Part shown: piece after piece, positions 14,012 through 23,500 of the stretch
Layout: each line of letters opens with the position of its first letter
How positions within the stretch are numbered: the first letter of the stretch is position 1
Source of the DNA: Heptranchias perlo
Lineage: Eukaryota
Reading direction: 5' to 3'
Assembly (NCBI RefSeq): GCF_035084215.1
Contig: NW_027139538.1
Span: 1 to 64,000 of the forward strand
DNA: 64,000 nt
Made by a program: the position numbers and the translations under genes
The notes under the pieces: model-generated
Seen by the model: only the letters and a program-made list of their open reading frames with translations
Databases searched by the model: none
What the model was told of the DNA's origin: nothing

Positions 14012-14756
14012 GTGTCAGCCATGGCTCAGTGGGTATCACTCTCACCTCTGGGTCAGAAGGTCGTGGGTTCAAGACCCACTCCAGAGACTTGAGCCCATAA
14101 TCCAGGCTGACACTCCCGGTGCAGTACTGAGGGAGTGCTGCACTGTCGGAGGGCCAGTACTGAGGGAGTGCTGCACTGTCGGAGGGTCAGTACTGAGGGA
14201 GTGCTGCACTGTCGGAGGGCCAGTACTGAGGGAGTTCTGCACTGTCGGAGGGTCAGTACTGAGGGAGTGCTGCACTGTCGGAGGGCCAGTACTGAGGGAG
14301 TTCTGCACTGTCGGAGGGCCAGTACTGAGGGAGTGCTGCACTGTCGGAGGGCCAGTACTGAGGGAGTGCTGCACTGTCGGAGGGTCAGTACTGAGGGAGT
14401 GCTGCACTGTCGGAGGGCCAGTACTGAGGGAGTTCTGCACTGTCGGAGGGCCAGTACTGAGGGAGTGCTGCACTGTCGGAGGGCCAGTACTGAGGGAGTT
14501 CTGCACTGTCGGAGGGCCAGTACTGAGGGAGTGCTGCACTGTCGGAGGTGCCGTCTTTCGGGTGAGACATTAAACCGAGGCCCCGTCTGCCCTCTCAGGT
14601 GGATGTAAAAGATCCCACAGCACGATTTGAAGAAGAGCAGTGGAGTTCACCCCGGTGTTAAAACAGATGATCTGCTCATTGCTGTTTGTGGGATCTTGCT
14701 GTGTGCAAATTGGCTGCTGTGTTTCTCACATAAAAACAGTGACTGCACTTCAAAAG
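14012..14756 (+). mobile_element. tRNA-derived Deu-domain SINE (SacSINE1-like) with internal VNTR; 3' tail missing
   Basis: Pol III box A TGGCTCAGTGG (14022-14032) and box B GGTTCAAGACC (14066-14076). Deu core GTCGGAGGTGCCGTCTTTCGGGTGAGACATTAAACCGAGGCCCCGTCTGCCCTCTCAGGTGGATGTAAAAGATCCC. Confidence 0.85.
14122..14548. repeat. 33-bp minisatellite (13 copies) inside the SINE
   Basis: Unit CAGTACTGAGGGAGTGCTGCACTGTCGGAGGGC/T. It produces the 11-aa periodic ORFs in the track. Confidence 0.97.
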
Positions 14757-14764
14757 TGGGAGAA

Positions 14765-14959
14765 TCCTGATCCTGACCCTGACCCTCCCTGACCTTGACC
14801 CCGATCCTGAACCTGACCCTCCCTGACCCTGATCCTGACCCTGACCCTCCCTGACCTTGACCCCGATCCTGACCCTCCCTGACCCTGATCCTGACCCTGA
14901 CCCTCCCTGACCTTGACCCCGATCCTGACCCTCCCTGACCCCGATCCTGACCCTGACCC
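14765..14959. repeat. Degenerate (CCCTGA)n hexamer repeat
   Basis: CCTGATCCTGACCCTGACCCTCCCTGACCTTGACCCCGAT...; a short echo at ~15008-15030. The reverse strand reads (TCAGGG)n. Confidence 0.93.
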
Positions 14960-15570
14960 ATTGTCCACACTCACCTTCCAGGGGGTCGTGGGATAATTAG
15001 GAGCGGTGACCCTCCCTGACCCTGACCCTGAGGTCAATTGTAGCCTGACCCCAGTGCTGGGAGGCAAGGTTTTCAATGAAATCTGGAACCTTCTCCACCC
15101 AGCCCCACGATGAAGCCTTTCTGAAGTGTGTTGATACAAGTCTGCTCCAGGGTCCAATGTTCTGGGGTAAAGTTCCCCCTGATCTGTGTGTGATCTGAGC
15201 TTTGTTAATGCTGAGCCTGTTTCCTCCAGATAGACTGATCTATAGTTCGAGCTTCCTGCCCGGTTAACAGCGTCTTAAAGGGACACCCAGTCTTTAAGTA
15301 CTCTGACTATTAACCATTTCATCGCTGAATTTGTGGCAACCCTTCATTGCAGATGTTTATCGAACAGTCCAATCTGATTTATCCATCTTAACATCAAACC
15401 ATCCGGTGTATTTATATTTAGATTAAATTTGAGAGGCAAAAAAAAGCAAATTAAGAATTAGCGATGCTCACCTGAAATGGTTAATCGTCCGCCGGGAGTT
15501 CATTGTCCCAGCAATCCGTTATCTGAGGTGAATTTTCCAAACACAGAAACACCCACAGAGACACGCACCC

Positions 15571-16225
15571 AAATATACACAACAGAACACACCAATATAC
15601 ACAACAGAACACACCAATATACACAACAGAACACACCAATATACACAACAGAACACACCAATATACACAACAGAACACACCAATATACACAACAGAACAC
15701 ACCAATATAGACAAAAGAATGCACCAATATACACAACAGAACACACCAATATGCACAACAGAACGCACCAATATACACAACAGAATGTGCACCAATATAC
15801 ACAACAGAATGTGCACCAATATGCACAACAGAATGTGCACAAATATACACAACAGAACACACCAATATACACAAAAGAATGCACCAATATACACAACAGA
15901 ATGTGCACAAATATACACAACAGAACACACCAATATGCACAACAGAATGTGCACAAATATACACAACAGAACACACCAATATGCACAACAGAATGCACCA
16001 ATATACACCACAGAATGTACACAAATATACACAACAGAACACACCAATATACACAACAGAACACACCAATATGCACAACAGAACACACCAATATACACAA
16101 CAGAACACACCAATATACACAACAGAATGCACCAATATACACAACAGAATGTACACAAATATACACAACAGAACACACCAATATACACAACAGAATGTGC
16201 ACAAATATACACAACAGAACACCCA
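15571..16225. repeat. 22/24-bp CA-rich minisatellite (~29 copies)
   Basis: Unit AATATACACAACAGAACACACC with a longer variant AATATACACAACAGAATGTGCACA/C. Confidence 0.96.
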
Positions 16226-16355
16226 AGTACACACACACAGATGTGTCACATTAAGTTGTACGACTGACACTAATACCTTCCCCAGCCTGTCTGCTCAGGA
16301 GCAGGTTTCTGCACCGTGAACATGTGTCTCATTACATATTCATGACACCGGGTTC

Positions 16356-16363
16356 ATTTGCAT
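16356..16363 (+). promoter_or_regulatory. Ig octamer motif ATTTGCAT (candidate intronic enhancer element)
   Basis: Perfect octamer in non-repetitive intron sequence, with E-boxes CATGTG at 16321 and CATGTGG at 16656. Function is inferred only. Confidence 0.4.
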
Positions 16364-16716
16364 TTCTTTTCCCATCACTTGCCTTTCTCTTCAGCCTTTT
16401 AAAGTAAAGTCTGAGCCCATTTCCCCCCAGACTCTGGGCCTTTTCCATTTTGGGATGTTGGTTGTTTTAAGATGGTGTTTCGAGGGGCCATTCCCGAGGG
16501 TCTGTGACACAGGAAGTGCTGTTGTCTGACAGTTATTCCTTGTATTCACCACCCCAGCTCCGTGCAGCTCTCCCGGTCGATCTGCTCTGAATGGAGACAG
16601 GACACTGGCTGCCTGCCGTAGTCACAAGACTGTGACCCGCCCAGCTCCCCAATGGCATGTGGGCACTGAGACACACACACCAGGAGGAGCCCAGCTTCAT
16701 TCCCTGGTCCGTGCCG

Positions 16717-16975
16717 AGGAACAGGAGGAGGCCATTCAGCCCCTCCAGCCTGTTCCTCCATTGAATGAGATCATGACTGGTCTGTCCCTGATCTCCATTT
16801 ACCCTCCTTTGCTCCATATCCTCGATACCCTCCCCCAACAAAAATCGATCCATCTCAGTACTGAAAGCTCCTATTGACCCCCACCATCCACAGCCTTTTG
16901 GGGGAGGGGGTTCCAGATTTCCACTCCCCCTTGAGTGAAAAAGTGCTTCCTGATTTCACCCCTGAATGGCCAGGC
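16717..16975 (-). mobile_element. CR1-type LINE 3' fragment
   Basis: Plus strand begins AGGAACAGGAGGAGGCCATTCAGCCCCTCCAGCCTGTT, the reverse complement of a CR1-like 3' end. The minus-strand translation DRFLLGEGIEDM resembles the CR1 ORF2 C-terminus. It is similar to 18212-18370. Confidence 0.72.
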
Positions 16976-16983
16976 TCGAATTA

Positions 16984-17033
16984 CATAGAATTACATGGAA
17001 TTTACAGCACAGAAACAGGCCATTCGGCCCAAC
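16984..17033 (-). mobile_element. Very short CR1-type 3' end
   Basis: CATAGAATTACATGGAATTTACAGCACAGAAACAGGCCATTCGGCCCA closely matches 17292-17338. Confidence 0.6.
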
Positions 17034-17291
17034 AGTAGTGTTAGGATTGTGTCCCCTTGTTCTGGGGGGGTTGCCGCTGAGGAGCAGCCGTTGGACTTGG
17101 TGCCCCCTCTAAATGAGGGAAAGGGGTTCCTGCTCCTGATTGCCATCCAGCGACACCCCCCTTCTCTCCCCCAACACCCCCCACTGTTGAAGGCAATGGT
17201 TTCAGGAGATGAGGGGAGAATGAACACAGAAACACAGTGAGGGCCAGTCCCTGTGTTATCTTGTCCCACTCTTACCCTGTGTGGGGGGTTT

Positions 17292-17697
17292 CATAGAATC
17301 ACAGAATCATACAGCACAGAAGGAGGCCATTCGGCCCATCCTCCCTCTGCTAGCTCTTTGAAAGAGCTATCCAATTAGTCTCACTCCCCTGCTCTTTCCC
17401 CAGAGCCCTGACATTTTTTCCCTTTTCAAGTATTTATTCGGTTCCCTTTTGAAAGTTACTATTGAATCTTCCTCCCCCCACCCTTTCAGGCCGTGTGTTC
17501 CAGATCACAACAACTCGCTGAGCAAAACAATTTCTCCATCTCTCCTCTCTGGTTCTTTACCAATTACCTCAAACCCGTTACCTCTGGTTACCGACCCTCC
17601 TGCCACTGGAAACAGTTCCTCCCGATTTGCTCCATTAAAACCCTTCATGATTTTGAGCACCTCTATTAAATCTCCCCTTGACCTTCTCTGCTCGAAG
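17292..17697 (-). mobile_element. CR1-type LINE 3' fragment (ORF2 C-terminus plus 3' UTR)
   Basis: Minus-strand peptide RRSRGDLIEVLKIMKGFNGANREELFPVAGGSVTRGNGFEVIG matches the CR1 ORF2 tail motif RRLRGDLIEVYKI...LFP...TRGH. It ends in an (ATTCTRTG)-like terminal microsatellite. Confidence 0.88.
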
Positions 17698-17787
17698 GGT
17701 CGTCTCAATAACACCACACAGTTTTGCTGGCCCGTTTTACTGGCTGTTCATTTTATGCTCTCCCCTCATGGGATCAGACTCTGTCGA

Positions 17788-18424
17788 TCTGCTGCCCGTA
17801 TCCTAACTCGTACCAAGTCCCGTTCACCCATCACCCCAGTGCTCGCTGACCTACATCGGCTCCCGGTCCAGCAAAGTCCTCATCTTTGTTTTCAAATCCC
17901 TCCATGGCCTTGCCCTGCCCAATCTCTGTAACCTCCTCCAGCCCTACAACCCTCCGAGATCTCTGCGCTCCTCCAATTCTGGTCTCTTGTTCATCCCCGA
18001 TTTTCATCGCTCCACCATTGGCGGCCGTGCCTTCAGCTGCCTGGGCCCTAAGCTCTGGAATTCCCGCCCTAAACTTCTTTGCCCCTCCCCCTCTCTCTCC
18101 TCCTTTAAGACGCTCCTTCAAACCTACCTCTTTGACCAAGCTTTGAGTCACCAGTCCTAATATCTCCTCAAGAGTCAATTTCTGTCCGAGAAACTTCCTG
18201 TGAAGCGCCTTAGGGACATGGGAAAAGGAGGAGGCCATTCAGCCCCTCGAGCATGTTCTGTCATTCAATTAGATCATGGCTGATGTGCATCGTAACTCTG
18301 TCCACCGGCCTTCATTTCCTGACCCTTAATAATCTTGTCTAACAAAAACCTATCGGTCTCAGTTTTGAATCCTTGGGATGTTTTACCATGTTAAAGGCAC
18401 CATATAAATGCAAGTTGTTGTTGT
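17788..18424 (+). mobile_element. L2-clade LINE 3' fragment, interrupted near its tail
   Basis: Peptide SAARILTRTKSRSPITPVLADLHRLPVQQ fits the L2-type AAR...HITPVL..LHWLPV motif and is followed by frameshifts. The tail CTGTGAAGCGCCTT // GGGATGTTTTACCATGTTAAAGGCACCATATAAATGCAAG(TTG)n ends at 18424. Confidence 0.82.
18212..18370 (-). mobile_element. CR1-type 3' fragment nested in the L2 tail
   Basis: GGAGGAGGCCATTCAGCCCCTCGAGC...CATTCAATTAGATCATGGCTGAT is homologous to 16724-16785 and splits the L2 tail. Confidence 0.72.
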
Positions 18425-18596
18425 AGTGGAGTGCAGGTCAATAAGAGGTTGTCGTGGGTACGGTGCGGGGCTCCTCAGACTGGCCCTGTGCTGCCAGCCG
18501 AGGCCTTGCCCACCGTCCCACTCTGGCCCTCGCGAGGAGGCCTCGGGGAGAGACTCCAAACTCCCATTAAAAGTCCTTGTCTTTCATCTCTTCCAG

Positions 18597-18925
18597 CCCG
18601 AGAGAAGGTTCAACCATCGCTGACCCTGATGCCCCCCTCCCCGGAGGAGGTCTCGGCCAAGGGCACTGCCACCCTGGTGTGCCTCGTCGATCACTTCTAC
18701 CCCGACGCTGTGGGGGTGGAGTGGAAGAAGGACGGGGCGGCCATTTCGGGCGGGGTTCAGACCAGTGACTACCTGCGAGCTTCGGACAACACCTACAGTG
18801 TCAGTAGCCTGCTGACCCTCTCCGGCTCCGACTGGAAGTCTGACGCCAGCTTCTCCTGCGCCATCACCCACGAGACCCTTCAGTCTCCCCTCAGCAAGAG
18901 CATCAGGAGAACAGAATGTTCATAG
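18597..18925 (+). CDS. IGKC: Immunoglobulin light-chain constant exon, kappa (shark NS4/type III-like)
   Basis: (T)REKVQPSLTLMPPSPEEVSAKGTATLVCLVDHFYPDAVGVEWKKDG...YSVSSLLTLSGSDWKSDASFSCAITHETLQSPLSKSIRRTECS*. This is a C1-set domain with both Cys, the Trp, FYP and a penultimate Cys for the H-L disulfide. AG acceptor at 18595-18596, TAG at 18923-18925. Kappa assignment comes from recalled similarity to nurse shark NS4 and the 23-RSS on J. Confidence 0.96.
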
Positions 18926-19081
18926 AGCGTCAGAGACAGTCCACAGAGGAGACGGAACCTTAAATATAACAGGGGGCGAGTGGGGAGGGCAAAGGTCATT
19001 GTCAGCACTGCATTTCGACTCTCTTCCTTATCGTGATTGGGTCTGAGACGCTTCTCAGGTTGGGGGTTAAGGCACATTATT

Positions 19082-19694
19082 GGGACAGTGTAGAGGGAGC
19101 TTTACTCTGTATCTAACCCGTGCTGTACCTGCCCTGGGAGTGTTTGATGGGACAGTGTAGAGGGAACTTTACTCTGTATCTAACCCGTGCTGTACCTACC
19201 CTGGGAGTGTTTGATGGGACAGTGTAGAGGGAGCTTTACTCTGTATCTAACCCGTGCTGTACCTGCCCTGGGAGTGTTTGATGGGACAGTGTAGAGGGAA
19301 CTTTACTCTGTATCTAACCCGTGCTGTACCTACCCTGGGAGTGTTTGATGGGACAGTGTAGAGGGAGCTTTACTCTGTATCTAACCCGTGCTGTACCTGC
19401 CCTGGGAGTGTTTGATGGGACAGTGTAGAGGGAGCTTTACTCTGTATCTAACCCGTGCTGTACCTACCCTGGGAGTGTTTGATGGGACAGTGTAGAGGGA
19501 GCTTTACTCTGTATCTAACCCGTGCTGTACCTGCCCTGGGAGTGTTTGATGGGACAGTGCAGAGGGAGCTTTACTCTGTATCTAACCCGTGCTGTACCTG
19601 CCCTGGGAGTGTTTGATGGGACAGTGCAGAGGGAGCTTTACTCTGTATCTAACCCGTGCTGTACCTGCCCTGGGAGTGTTTGATGGGACAGTGT
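19082..19694. repeat. 67-bp minisatellite (9 full copies plus a partial) in the putative 3' UTR
   Basis: Unit GGGACAGTGTAGAGGGAGCTTTACTCTGTATCTAACCCGTGCTGTACCTGCCCTGGGAGTGTTTGAT; copies start at 19082, 19149 ... 19685. Confidence 0.98.
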
Positions 19695-19709
19695 CGACTT
19701 GTGATGCCA

Positions 19710-19715
19710 AATAAA
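19710..19715 (+). terminator. Probable polyadenylation signal AATAAA
   Basis: First canonical AATAAA after the C stop codon; further ones at 19982 and ~20227. Confidence 0.6.
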
Positions 19716-20295
19716 ACCTCTCTCAGACCCTGAAGACTGTCAGCTGAGCAAAAATAATGTTAAACACGGAAGTCCCCGCTTCAGTAAGACCAGACCTCCT
19801 TCCTGCTCACCCTGCAGTTATAATTTAAGGTTTTGTCACCGTTTAAAGGGACAGGATTCTCCCATTATTGAGCAAATGCCCACAGCCGTTTTAATCAATC
19901 TTCTCTCTCCCTGTGTATTTCTCCTACTCGTTGGGCTGTTTATTCAATTCTTTTTTCTGTGAATGTAAATGTGTAAAAGGTAATAAATGTTCAGAATATT
20001 CAGTCTCCGTCTCGTGAGTGCTGTGGAAATGTCCCACCTCCCCCTCAGCTGGATTGGCTGCATTTCAGCAAGTGACTCTCCTGGTTGGGCTGTCAATCAA
20101 TGCATCACCAGCTGATGATTTGATTAAAACCCAATTCTCAATCATTTCAACATTTTCAGTTTTCCCTCGAATCCAAAGACTATGTTTTCAGGATAAAGCA
20201 CAAAGTGTACAAGTTATAAAACAGAAAATAAACTCCAAGCTGCTGGGATTAAATCATCAAAGGCCCAGAATTCACTCTTCACTCTGCACACTGGA

Positions 20296-20333
20296 GGTGT
20301 TGGTCCAGTCCAAGCTGGTGGGATCGCACTGTG
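20296..20333 (-). promoter_or_regulatory. Candidate orphan RSS downstream of C (J-type orientation, 22-nt spacer)
   Basis: GGTGTTGGT (20296-20304, 7/9), 22 nt, then CACTGTG (20327-20333, perfect). No FGxG J coding sequence follows. Confidence 0.35.
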
Positions 20334-20513
20334 CTCTGTGCTGACTGTCAGGGTCCAGTGTGAAATGGGCTCGGGGCAAAGTCAGGTCTGAAAGTCACAG
20401 TCAGAACACCTCATTCTCTCTCCTTAATGTGTTGCTCGTGGTAACAGATCAAATCTATACCGAATCAGGTCTCCACTTCTCAGAGAGAGGAGGGGTCAGA
20501 GTATAACTGTGTA

Positions 20514-23500
20514 CATGCCCCTGAGTGTCAGTGTGACTGTTTCCCAGTACTGTCTGTAGGTGGATGTCCCTGACTGTCAGTGTGACTGTTACCCAGTACT
20601 GTCGGTAGGTGCATGTCGCTGACTGTCAGTGTGACTGTTACCCAGTACTGTCTGTAGGTGGATGGCCCTGACTGTCAGTGTGACTGTTTCCCAGTACTGT
20701 CTGTAGGTGCATGTCCCTGACTGTCAGTGTGACTGTTACCCAGTACTGTCTGTAGGTGCATGTCCCTGACTGTCAGTGCGACTGTTACCCAGTACTGTCT
20801 GTTGGTGGATGTGCCTGACTGTCAGTGCGACTGTTACCCAGTACTGTCTGTAGGTGCATGTCCCTGACTGTCGGTGCGACTGTTACCCAGTACTGTCTGT
20901 AGGTGGATGTGCCTGACTGTCAGTGCGACTGTTACCCAGTACTGTCTGTAGGTGCATGTCCCTGACTGTCAGTACGACTGTTTCCCAGTACTGTCTGTAG
21001 GTGGATGTCCCTGACTGTCGGTGCGACTGTTCCCCAGTACTGTCTGTAGGTGCATGTCCCTGACTGTCAGTATGACTGTTACCCAGTACTGTCTGTAGGT
21101 GGATGTCCCTGACTGTCGGTGCGACTGTTACCCAGTACTGTCTGTAGGTGGATGTCCCTGACTGTCGGTGCGACTGTTCCCCAGTACTGTTTGTATGTGC
21201 ATGTCCCTGACTGTCAGTATTACTGTTACCCAGTACTGTCTGTAGGTGCATGGCCCTGACTGTCGGTGCGACTGTTACCCAGTACTGTCTGTAGGTGCAT
21301 GTCCCTGTCAGTGTGACTGTTACCTCGTACTGTCTGAAGGTGCATGTCCCTGTCAGTGTGACTGTTACCCAGTACTGTCTGTTGGTGGATGTCCCTGACT
21401 GTCGGTGCGACTGTTACCCAGTACTGTCTGTTGGTGCATTTCCCTGACTGTCGGTGCGACTGTTTCCCAGTACTGTCTGTAGGTGCATGTCCCTGACTGT
21501 CGGTGCGACTGTTACCCAGTACTGTCTGTAGGTGGATGTCCCTGACTGTCGGTGCGACTGTTACCCAGTACTGTCTGTAGGTGCATGTCCCTGACTGTCG
21601 GTGCGACTGTTACCCAGTACTGTCTGTTGGTGCATGTCCCTGACTGTCAGTACGACTGTTACCCAGTACTGTCTGTTGGTGCATGTCCCTGACTGTCAGT
21701 ACGACTGTTTCCCAGTACTGTCTGCAGGTGCATGTCCCTGACAGTCGGTGCGACTGTTACCCAGTACTGTCTGTAGGTGCATGTCCCTGTCAGTGTGACT
21801 GTTACCTCGTACTGTCTGTAGGTGCATGTCCCTGACTGTTAGTGTGACTGTTACCCAGTACTGTCTGTTGGTGCATGTCCCTGACTGTCAGTACGACTGT
21901 TTCCCAGTACTGTCTGTAGGTGCATGTCGCTGACTGTCGGTGCGACTGTTTCCCAGTACTGTCTGTAGGTGCATGTTCCTGTCAGTGTGACTGTTACCTC
22001 GTACTGTCTGTAGGTGCAGGTCCCTGACTGTCAGTGTGACTGTTACCCAGTACTGTCTGTTGGTGCATGTCCCTGACTGTCAGTACGACTGTTACCCAGT
22101 ACTGTCTGTAGGTGCATGTCCCTGACTGTCAGTACGACTGTTTCCCAGTACTGTCTGTAGGTGCATGGCCCTGACTGTCAGTGCGACTGTTACCCAGTAC
22201 TGTCTGTAGGTGGATGTCCCTGACTGTCGGTGCGACTGTTACCCAGTACTGTCTGTAGGTGCATGGCCCTGACTGTCGGTGCGACTGTTACCCAGTACTG
22301 TCTGTAGGTGCATGGCCCTGACTGTCGGTGCGACTGTTACCCAATCCTGTCTGTAGGTGCATGGCCCTGACTGTCGGTGCGACTGTTACCCAGTACTGTC
22401 TGTAGGTGCATGGCCCTGACTGTCGGTGTGACTGTTACCCAGTACTGTCTGTAGGTGCATGTCCCTGACTGTCAGTGTGACTGTTACCCAGTACTGTCTG
22501 TAGGTGGATGTCCTTGACTATCGGTGTGACTGTTACCCAGTACTGTCTGTAGGTGCATGTCCCTGACTGTCAGTGTGACTGTTACCCAGTACTGTCTGTA
22601 GGTGCATGTCCCTGCCTGTCGGTGTGACTGTTACCCAGTACTGTCTGTAGGTGGATGTCCTTGACTGTCGGTGTGACTGTTACCCAGTACTGTCTGTAGG
22701 TGGATGTCCTTGACTGTCGGTGTGACTGTTACCCAGTACTGTCTGTTGGTGGATGTCCCTGACTGTCAGTGTGACTGTTACCCAGTACTGTCTGTAGGTG
22801 GATGTCCCTGACTGTCAATGTGACTGTTTCCCAGTACTGTCTGTAGGTGCATGTCCCTGACTGTCAGTATGACTGTTACCCAGTACTGTCTGTAGGTGGA
22901 TGTGCCTGACTGTCAGTGCGACTGTTACCCAGTACTGTCTGTAGGTGCATGTCCCTGACTGTCAGTACGACTGTTTCCCAGTACTGTCTGTAGGTGGATG
23001 TCCCTGACTGTCGGTGCGACTGTTCCCCAGTACTGTCTGTAGGTGCATGTCCCTGACTGTCAGTATGACTGTTACCCAGTACTGTCTGTAGGTGGATGTC
23101 CCTGACTGTCGGTGCGACTGTTACCCAGTACTGTCTGTAGGTGGATGTCCCTGACTGTCGGTGCGACTGTTCCCCAGTACTGTCTGTATGTGCATGTCCC
23201 TGACTGTCAGTATTACTGTTACCCAGTACTGTCTGTAGGTGCATGGCCCTGACTGTCGGTGCGACTGTTACCCAGTACTGTCTGTAGGTGCATGTCCCTG
23301 TCAGTGTGACTGTTACCTCGTACTGTCTGAAGGTGCATGTCCCTGTCAGTGTGACTGTTACCCAGTACTGTCTGTTGGTGGATGTCCCTGACTGTCTGTG
23401 CGACTGTTACCCAGTACTGTCTGTTGGTGCATTTCCCTGACTGTCGGTGCGACTGTTTCCCAGTACTGTCTGTAGGTGCATGTCCCTGACTGTCGGTGCG

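Larger units (their letters stand above)
12813..18596 (+). other. J-C intron (5784 bp)
   Basis: Donor GTGAGT at 12813; polypyrimidine tract and acceptor CTTGTCTTTCATCTCTTCCAG ending at 18596; phases are compatible. Confidence 0.9.

Noticed and set aside
14012-14085. tRNA gene
   Set aside because: A/B boxes are present but run directly into the SINE body; no convincing cloverleaf or terminator.
13983-16319. Periodic ORFs (VLRECCTVGGP, GSGSG, YTQQN, CVYWC)
   Set aside because: Products of the 33-bp, hexamer and 22-bp repeats; open in several frames on both strands.
18431-18596. N-terminal extension of the 164-aa ORF
   Set aside because: Intronic read-through upstream of the splice acceptor; no signal peptide or V domain.
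19828-19870. Nonamer-like AGGTTTTGT
   Set aside because: No heptamer at 12 or 23 nt.
20018-20344. 108-aa ORF or V/leader exon downstream of C
   Set aside because: GTG start and no Ig V motifs (no WYxQ or YYC); no recognisable domain.
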